From positions 88,164,001 to 88,228,000 of the forward strand of contig OZ024742.1 of NCBI GenBank assembly GCA_964016885.1: a DNA stretch of 64,000 nt, read 5' to 3'. A program made the position numbers and the translations under genes. The notes under the pieces are model-generated. The model did not search any database. It had not been told where the DNA came from and saw only the letters and a list, made by a program, of their open reading frames with translations. How positions within the stretch are numbered: the stretch's first letter is position 1; each line of letters opens with the position of its first letter. Shown piece by piece: positions 54,675 through 64,000 of the stretch. This DNA is from Eledone cirrhosa (lineage: Eukaryota).

Positions 54675-57600
54675 GAAAACCCCGTGTCCAAGAAATACCG
54701 GGATGGCGGCCGACGGGGAATAGCCTTGTCTCTAGGGGAGGACGCCCCCTCTACTCTTGGTTGACACTCGTCCTAGAAGTGGTAACACGAAATGATTACC
54801 CCTAGGCGGTTAAGGATAAAACGCGACAAAATAAAGTAAATGTCAAATGATAAAATCTCATACCGGATCGGCCGTCACCCGTGTCAAAAAGAGCAGCGTT
54901 CCTCAGAAAGGAACCAGACTGGGGTCGAAAAATCAGCTAATGGTTCAAACCTCCCATTACTTCGGATCTGGAGACCTCCCATAATCTACTGTTGGCCTTC
55001 CATGCTCACCACCAAGAAATCCAAAGAAAAAGATAGAAGATGGTCAAGGGAAAACAATAAATATGTCCTTGATGCTTTCTACACTGACATGTACTACCCA
55101 TCAAATAGATCGAATACAGAACAGACATATATCAACTGTAAAAGAAACATCCCGAAAACAGAGGCTATATTGACAGTAACAAACTAGCTAATATACGAAG
55201 AAATATTGTTAAAAAAAAGTTACAAACTGATATAGAAATTGATCAGATCATTAGCACAAAGTCAGCGAAGGGAAAATTAAACAGGTGTGAGTGAAAACGA
55301 GGTAAATTGTAACGTTTTGAATCCCAGGGTTGGGGCGGAATCACTGACAGCAGAAGAAATTAAAGAAATGATCGAAAAAGTGGAGGGAGTGCATGCTCAA
55401 GATGAACCTCATAATGAAAACAATGAGATCGTAAATGATAAAGAAATGAATGAGAATGAACGTGCCAACTTGAAGGATTAAATTATGATCGAATGGATGA
55501 AAATGAAAGAATCTGACATGGGGGAACGAGACACTCTCCCTAAGATCCAGAACTCCAAACAGAACCAAAAGATAATACACAAGACTAACATAATTCTCAA
55601 AAACATTATCATCACAAACAAACTAAACATTAGTGATCTAAATCATCTCCATTATGCATCGGCTAAAGTCACTACTCACTTATGTGGAGTGAAAATGAAA
55701 ACAACAAAGGAATTCCCACAAGAAATCTACTTGGCAAGAGAACATCAATCGCCAAATAAACTTTCTCCGATCTGACATAGAAATGTTAACAAACTACAAA
55801 GTAGGTGAACATGTTAAACAAACTAAACTTAGAAAATTGAAAAGAAAATACAGTATAAAAACAACAAGTGACATAGACATGCTGATAGAAATAATCAACC
55901 AAAAAGTGTCCGCCAAAGCTGCACGTATGAGGCGCTTTGAAAGACGATCTAGATTCTATAAAGACAACCAAAGAAACTTCTACAGAAAAATTGGCTAGTC
56001 AACAATAACTGCTAAATCAATACCACCCAGGGAGGAAGTGCAAGAATTCTGGGAAAAGATCTGGGCCAAAGAAAAGATTCATAATATACATGCCCCATGG
56101 ATAGACAGACAAATGAAAGATACAGCTCACTTTGAGGAACAAACATGGGAAAATATAACAGGTGAACAGTTGCGTTTGGCTCTTAGAAAAACCAGCAAAT
56201 GGAAATTCCCAGGAAAAGATAAAATACCAAATTTTGGATAAATGCCTTCACAGAGTCTCACGAGCTGTTAGCCCAACTTTACAATGAAATAGTTAAGGAG
56301 CCAGAAAAGATACCATCATGGCTCGTTAACGGCATTACATTCCTACTTCCGAAGAATGATGAGACAAACAATCCCCAAAATTACAGACCGATAACTTGCT
56401 TGACCACAATGTACGAAATGTTAATATCAGTCCTAACTGAATATACATATGACCACCTGATAACAAATGATAACAAATTATTTATTTCCTATTGAGCAGA
56501 AAGGGTTTAAACGAGGCTCATATGGCTGTAAAGACCAGCTTTTGGTTAACAAAATGATACTGGAAGATTGTTATAATAGACACAAAAATCTATCAATTGC
56601 TTGGATAGATTATACAAAAGCATTCGATAATTTGTAACACAGTTGGATTGAAAAATGTTTAGAGATTTTCAAAATACCTCCTGTTGTCAGGAGGTTCCTG
56701 ATATTCTGTATGCAAACATGGAAAACGACACTCCTTTTGAATAGTGAAAAAAAATCACTGGAAGCTGGAGAAGTTAATATTAATTGTGGAATTTTTCAGG
56801 TTGACTCTTTATCAACGCTTTTATTCTGCATCGCACTTATACCATTAAGTAAAATGGTCAATGAAACAAAACATAGATATAAAGTCTATGCCAAAACCAT
56901 TAATCACTTGTTCTACACGGATGACCTGAAACTATTTGCAAAAAATGATGACAATTACAAGGGCTATTATCCACAGTGGATCAGTTCTGTGATGACATTA
57001 AATTGGAGTTTGGACTAGATAAATGCGCCAAAGCAACGTTCACCAGAGGAAAGCTGCTGAAAAGCTCAGACATTAATCTTGATCGGGGGAATGTGATAAG
57101 AGAACTTGATCAAGAGGAAGCTTACAAATATCTAGGTGTTTGTGAAGGCGACTGATTCAAGCACTCGACAATGAAGGAAAGGATAAGGAAGGAATGTTAT
57201 CGCAGAGTAAGAGCAATCTTAAGAACGGAATTGAATGCAAGAAATAGGATCGACGCCATAAACACGCTTGCCATACCAGTAGTAACCTACGGTTACAATG
57301 TCCTCAACTGGTCAAGCACAGAGATCCGTAGGCTCGATACAAATTTCAGAAGTTCCATTTACTGCTGAAATGAAAAACACAGAAAAAGCAAAGCAGGTAA
57401 AAGTAACTGCAAAGAAAGAACTGCTTCAGATACTGGCTAAGAAATGGCAAGTAAAGCCTCTGTATAGAAATTACCCAGAAAGAGCTAACAATCCTGATGT
57501 TGACAAAACTTTAACCCATCAGTGGTTGGCATCCTCTGGACTGGAATCGGAGACTGAAGGACTGATTATATCAGCCCAATATCAGTGTCTGCCAACAAAA

Positions 57601-58090
57601 CATTATCAAGCCAACATAATGAAAAATGGATGCAACCCATTATGCCGTGTATGTAAAAACAACCAGGGACCATTGATCATATAATTTCAATGTGCAGTCC
57701 TATAGCTCCAAACTAATACCTAAACAGTCATGACAGAGCTGCACAATACATCCATTGGATAATGTGTAAGCATTTTGACCTGCCCCATCAAAATAATTGG
57801 TTGGAGCATCAACCACCTCCCATACTTGTAAAAGATCGCATCTCAAACTTGTGGAAAGATGGTACTAATGGGAACTGCCCATATACTAAGCAAATGTTGT
57901 CAATATAAGTATATCACAGGTCTAAAGACCTAAAGATGCATGTGTGTGTATGTATGTTCTTTCTTGAACATGACGCACCATGTTGTCTCTCCAGGTCACT
58001 GTTGTGACTTGGTGATAACTCGTATGAACATAACGCAAGATAAATGCAACTGTAATAATAATAATAATTATAATAATAATAATAATAATA
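54675..58090 (+). mobile_element. R4/Dong-type family B, near full-length, decayed, with internal deletions
   Basis: WKFPGKDKI, NYRPITCL, AWIDYTKAFD, GIFQVDSLS, FYTDDLKL, LESETEGLI, CRVC. Deletions at ~57340 and ~57857 (the latter removes the RLE core relative to 2280-2580). 3' UTR as at 2640-2800; (AAT)n tail. Confidence 0.9.
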
Positions 58091-58109
58091 ACACAGACAC
58101 ACTTATAAA

Positions 58110-58245
58110 AATACACACTCACAGACATACATTCACCCAAACACACATACATTCACACAAATACACATACATTCACACAAATACACATACATTCACACAA
58201 ATACACATACATTCACACAAACACACATATACACACATACATTCA
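58110..58245. repeat. ~20-bp minisatellite (acacatacattcacacaaat)
   Basis: Direct reading, about six copies. Confidence 0.85.
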
Positions 58246-58328
58246 TGCAGGCAGCAGCCGTAAAGAGAGGGGAGTAGTATGAGGTAGTCAAACTACTCAT
58301 TTCTCTTTGTGTAGTGACAGAATCACAG

Positions 58329-58398
<70 letters not shown>

Positions 58399-58824
58399 AC
58401 AGTAGGAAATAAAGTAGATCTTGTATTTTAACTGAAGATTCTCATCTTCACAATTCACTTTTCATCATCATTATCACCATCATTCACTATAGTCTTCCTG
58501 CTCTACCGACTGAGCTGTCACGAGTCATTATCAGCATGTACATAAAACTGATGTTTTACCGACTGACTTATCCTATCATCATCATCACCATCATCACCAT
58601 TATCATTGTAATTTTCATTGCTGTTGCCACATACAGCATCATCATCGTTTTCTTTCTTTATTTTGTTTACTGCTGTGTTTTAAACATAGATAATGATGTT
58701 TTTGTACAGAATACATATAAGAATAGAACACTCCTCTTTGAAAGAAAAAATAATAATCCATGGGTTTTTAGGATGAGGCTTTTGGTGATGTCAAATTACC
58801 ATGATTTCTCAAACTCTGGGTGAT

Positions 58825-61525
58825 TACATTACAATGAAACTTATGCTTATTCATTTTTTTTTGGGGGGGGGAGGTGCCTGTTTGTTTGTTTATTTATGTT
58901 CGTCTACAGCGTGATAATGCCACACAAAAATCACGTGGATGACAAAACCACCGGAGGCGAGGAATTCACCGGTGGTTATGTACCCATACATTCGCCAATC
59001 CTCGATAAGAGTGTTTAAATGTCGAACCTAAACAGTTAGAATAACGGTGAAATGGAGACTAGAATGTCATGTGACAGACTCTCACCCAACAGGTGCTCCC
59101 TGGCTCAGCAGCAGGGACCTGGCTGTCAACCAAATACTGCTGGTGTCGGAGGAAGAAGAGGAAGGAAAGGGACCAGAACCAACTGTACGAAAGTATTGAA
59201 TAGAACTGTTATGCAATGTTACCTGAAGAGTAACCCCAAGGAGAAAGGCTATAGGAAACGGATGCATAATATCTGGAACGAGATTGGTCTATTTAAATTA
59301 GATGAACAAAAATTGGCCGGGCAGGCTCGGGTAATAAGAACTAATGGGTGGATAAGCGAGCTGGAACTGGAGGAACTGAGCAGCGAGGTTAGCATGGAGA
59401 TGGAGGCTGGAGTATGCCAGGCAAACGAGCCAGTGGGAAATGAAGATGAAGTGGTCGAGAGAACGGAGGAACCACCCGAAGCAGACAATGATCTGAATGC
59501 TGAGATAAATAATACCTGGAACAGAGATACGGCCACTGAGAAGATGAATGCTGATAGGCTAGGACAAGATTTGGTTGATATCCTAAACTTAGTGGTAGAT
59601 GAATTGAACAATGATAGTGGGAGACCTATGAACCTAAGATTTGTAGACAGGAAAAAGTTAAAAGAAACAACAGCTAGAGTAAACAAAGTCATCCCATACC
59701 TTGAGGCGAGGAGCCTTCACCAGTGCAACAATATCCTCAAAGCAACAGCAAATACGGTGAGGAAACTACTTGGAATAAAAGCGAGAGGAAACAACAGACA
59801 ACAAAGAGCAGAGCCGTGGTGGAAGAAACGACTGAGTGGTCAAATCAGGGAAATGAGAAATGACATTCGAAAGCTTGAGTCCCTACTAAATGGGACACTA
59901 AAAAATATAGACACTAAAAATAGACTGGAAATAAAGTACAAAACTAGGAGGAAAAAGCTAAATATTATCATAGAGGACCTGAAACAACGCATTGTAGCAA
60001 AGAGTGCAAAAATCAGGCGATACGAGAACAGAGTCAGTCAGTATAGACAGAACCGCATGTTCGACAACAACCATAAGATGATGTTTGGACAGCTTGAAGG
60101 GAAAGAAAGAGGCAACGACTTGATCCCTGAGGCGGAACAAACTAAAACATTCTGGAGAGGAATATGGGAGCAGGATGTTAAACATAATGACCAGGCAGTG
60201 TGGATTGAAACAGTACAGAAGGAGATTAGTGAACAGGCTGATGACATCAAGAACAAAAAAATTAAGGAATTGATAAGAACTGAATACATTCGGAGAGTAG
60301 GGAGCGTATTAATGTCACATCTGAACAGTAGGAATTTCATAAGTGCAGTAAATTCCCGAGCTGTGTCTATTATGAGGTACAGTGCAGGAATTCTGAGATG
60401 GAATGTTGCTGAACAAAAAGAAATGGATAGGAAGACTAGGAAGCTATTGACTATCTACAACATGTTCCACAAGAGGAGTGATGTCGATAGACTCTACTTA
60501 AGGTGATCTGAAGGTGGAAGAGGTCTTATCAGCATAGAGGACTGTGTTCAGATGGAGAAAAACAACCTACACAAATACGTGACTGATAGTAAGGAGCCAA
60601 TGCTCAGAACTGTACTGAAGGAGGGGACAATAGGCCAGGGGATGTCCAAGGAGGAATTAACATCAAGGAGAAAGAGCATCCTTCAGGAAAAATCCCTTCA
60701 TAGTACCTTCTTTGAGAAAACTGAATTTAGAGATCCACAGACATGGAACTGGTTGAAAAGAGGAGACCTTAAAAAGGCTACAGAAGGAATGTTAATGGCT
60801 GCGCAGGAGCAGGCCCTCAAAACGAAGTGGTTGAAACACCATATTTACAAGGAGGAGGCCGGCCCACTGTGCAGGATCTGTGGAGAAGGTGAGGAGACTG
60901 TGGCTCACATTGTATCCGAGTGTAAACACCTAGCCCAGACTCACTATAAGGGCTGGAGGCATGATGTAATGGGCAGGGTGATCCACTGGCACCTATGCAA
61001 AGTAAACAATTCACCATATTCTGAGAAGTGGTATGAACATAAGCCAGAGGCGGTGATAGAAAACGATCAGGTGAAGGTGCTGTGGGATTTTAGGATACAG
61101 ACGGACAAGAAACTTGAACACAATAGACCTGACCTGGTGGTTGTGGACAAAGAAAAAAGATCATGCCTGATTGTGGATGTGGCCTGCCCATTAGACACGA
61201 GAGTGCAAGAGAAGGAGAGGGAGAAAATTAACCGATACCAGGACTTAAAGTGGGAGGTAAAAAGGATTTGGAACTGCCATGAAGTCAAAGTGATCCCGAT
61301 TGTCATAGGCGCACTAGGGACTATCTCAAAAATTTTCCAGGGATGGTTGAAGAAAATTGGCCCCTTCACGCTTTTTGGAACGCTTCAAAAGGCATGCTTG
61401 CTGGGAACAGCAAGAACCCTCCGATACGTCATGAATATCTGAGGCTGCAGGCAGTGGCTTGATATTCATTTCAACAAACTTTCCAGTTAACTAACATCAA
61501 TGACTGAGACTCAAAGAGTAATAAC

Positions 61526-61580
<55 letters not shown>

Positions 61581-61594
61581 TTAATAATAATAAT
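58825..61594 (+). mobile_element. R4/Dong-type family A copy lacking the whole RT domain (in-frame deletion at ~60238)
   Basis: ORF 59052-60506 reads ..ISEQA|DDIKNKK.. and ORF 60552-61442 (same frame) holds the zinc knuckle and RLE; (AAT)n tail 61520-61594. Confidence 0.92.
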
Positions 61595-61596
61595 GA

Positions 61597-64000
61597 TTTT
61601 TTGATAGGCCACAAGGGCTGACATCAAGAAAAACATGACAGACGGAACAGGACGGTACGATGTGGATTTTGTGCGTGTAAATATTTTTATTATTTATGTA
61701 AGAAAAGAAAAAAAGACATAAAACATATATATATATAAGCAATACAATGAAAATTGAAACAATGAAAAATTCCCCAATAGGGGGTAAACCTCCGAGTGCT
61801 ACTCGTGGCGAAAACCACACAAAAGACCACGGCCACCCTGACTACCAGGGCAAGCGCCCTCTCTCAATTTTTCCATCTCTCAAACTACAGACGTATATTC
61901 AGAGTGGTCCCGTTCACTCGGACCATACTCGCTACATTCACCCACCTTTCAATAAAGTTGCTAGAAAGCAGCACTTGCCTCTCCACCCTGATTTTACTCT
62001 TCAAGTGAAACTTGAAAAAGTTAATCAGGAATTCGCCGAAGAGGAAAGTGTTTGTCTTTAATCCTTTTAACCTTGTCCACCACACAATCTCTTTCGTCAT
62101 GGCCACCAGGCAGATGAAAACCGCCTGCCCTGCCTCCTCAAAGGAACACGGCGAGGCCATCTGCACAATGGACTCAGTCGACAACCGGATCAGTCCCACA
62201 CGTGACAGCAACTGTTCGACATAGCTCCACAAGTCAGCAATGCTCGGGCACTGAACGAGTGCGTGCACAACGGTTTCGTCGCTATGCGCGCATCTCGGGC
62301 AGAGCTCGGCTGACGGCACTTCCGTGCCTGTAGAGCTTATCTCGAAACGGCAGTGCTCTCCGGTAGCACTGCCAGGCCAGGGATTTTTGGAAGTTATCCA
62401 TAGGCCCCGGGCTGAAAGTTCTCCGGAAGAGAGCAAGTAGCTGATCTTCTTCGACGCCCAGGATCTCTCCGAGAACGTCGTCGCTCTTCCCCTCCACTAG
62501 TCCTCTATAGAACGCCGAGATGGATGTTCCACCGATACTGGTGCCCAACTGGGAGAGGGCAGTGAGCGCCTGGCGACATTCCAGTTTCCAAGCGCTATCC
62601 CTCGGTCTTTTTCTGACCCAGGACTGCAGCTCCGTCAAGGAGACGAGCTGTGCGAAAATGTGCCTGGCGAACGGCAACCACACCCGTTCACCAACAGGGA
62701 AGCACCAGAGATATCGCAGCCTCAGCGCATGTTTGCGCATCATCAACCATGGCATGCCCAGTCCTCCACGCAACGGGTGTTGACAGCAGATGGACCGTCT
62801 GACCATCGGAGCGCGTTCCTTCCACAAAAAGCGGAAGAGGAGGCGCTCCATTTTGGTGAGAGTTGGCCTGGAGCAAGGGACGACGGTGAGGCGGTAGCAG
62901 ATGACAGATGCGATGTACGCATTCCCCACTTCCGCCCGGCCTTTCAGGGACAGCTTCCTCTCAGCCCATTTCTGGGTGAGGGAGGCCACCCTGCTCGTCA
63001 CCTCGTTCCCATTTTTCTCCATCTGGAGGTCCGGTCCGAACCAGACCACGAGCAATTTAACCGGTCCGTCCGTCCAACGCCCCACGACGCTGTCGGACGG
63101 CATGGACTTGCCTCTCCAGGTGCCTAGCTGCAAGCCCACCGACTTTTCCTGGTTTATCTTTGCTCCTGTCACCGTTTCGTATTCCTTGAGAGCGGTGCCG
63201 AGCATCTGGACGTGTCTGGTGCTCGACACCACCACGGTGTCGTCGTCAGCGTAAGCCGACTCGGATTTCCCGCATCCTAATTCGCATGGGACGCCCCTCA
63301 TCGCCCCCAGTTTGTGCAGTAACGGCTCGAGAGCCAATACGTACAAGAGGGACGAGAGGGGACAACCCTGGCGGACTGAGCGCATGATGCTGAATGGCTG
63401 CGACAGGTGACCGTTCACCCTCACAACTGGGCAGATGTCGTTGTACATCGCTGCGATGCAACGCCTGAAAACGGGCCCGAAACCGGCTGCCTCGAGGACC
63501 GCCGCCAGGTACCGATGGTCGACCTTATCGAATGCTTTGGATTGATCCAAGTTGATCAGGGCCCCACCATGGCCAGGTTCCTTAACCACCCTCTCTATGA
63601 TGTATCGCATGAGGTGGAGGTTGTCGTGTATGGATCTGTTTCGGGATGGCGCATATCTGCCCCTCTCCCACCAGACACTTGACGACAAGCGCCAACCTCG
63701 TTGGTAATACCATGGCCAAAATCTTGAACTCTGCGTTTAGCAGGGTTATGGGCCTGAAATTATCAATAACATCCCCCTTGTTCGGGTCTCTTCTCAGCAG
63801 CTGCACAGCTCCCCGGCTCACAAAACTGGGAATGCTCACGTTCTGCTGCCAGTTGCAGTAGACGTCTGCCAAGAGGTCACCGAACAAGTCTGGCATAAAT
63901 CCATAAAGCTCGTAGAGCAGACCATCTAAACCTGGCGATTTACCTCTTGTGCACAAGTTAGCCATCGCTTCCCGTATTTCACCGGCTGTTATTGGCTTTT
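61597..64000 (-). mobile_element. Tx1/L1-type element, ORF2 RT and C-terminus plus 3' UTR; runs off the window end
   Basis: KSPGLDGL, NFRPITLLN, LDQSKAFDKVDH, SVRQGCPLS, AYADD, GGLG, CPRC..ETVVHALVQC; 3' A-tract abutting (AAT)n. Confidence 0.93.

Overview
Eukaryotic (animal) repeat-dense DNA. The Deu/Nin-domain tRNA-SINEs and the very high microsatellite load suggest a mollusc, probably a cephalopod (inference). No host gene could be supported. The window is a mosaic of decayed retroelements: (i) two families of RLE-type non-LTR elements of the R4/Dong type, ending in (AAT)n; (ii) three Tx1/L1-type elements on the minus strand; (iii) RTE-type 3' ends and one HERO/NeSL-like RT scrap; (iv) tRNA-derived SINEs; and (v) many Penelope-like (GIY-YIG) fragments and their terminal repeats, mostly sitting in (TA)n. 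The most interesting signal is RNA-level. Reading both strands by eye gives type I hammerhead ribozyme (HHR) motifs (stem I-CUGANGA-stem II-GAAA-stem III-NUH) in about eight unrelated repeat families between 26 and 51 kb. These include an intact minimal HHR (35918-35960, minus strand) and two non-coding, circularly permuted tandem-plus-inverted units of ~593 and ~696 nt that look retrozyme-like. One of those units carries a U3-A8 compensated core. Several fold-back palindromes have their inversion point in or next to the ribozyme. All folds were done by eye, not computed, and element boundaries are approximate.
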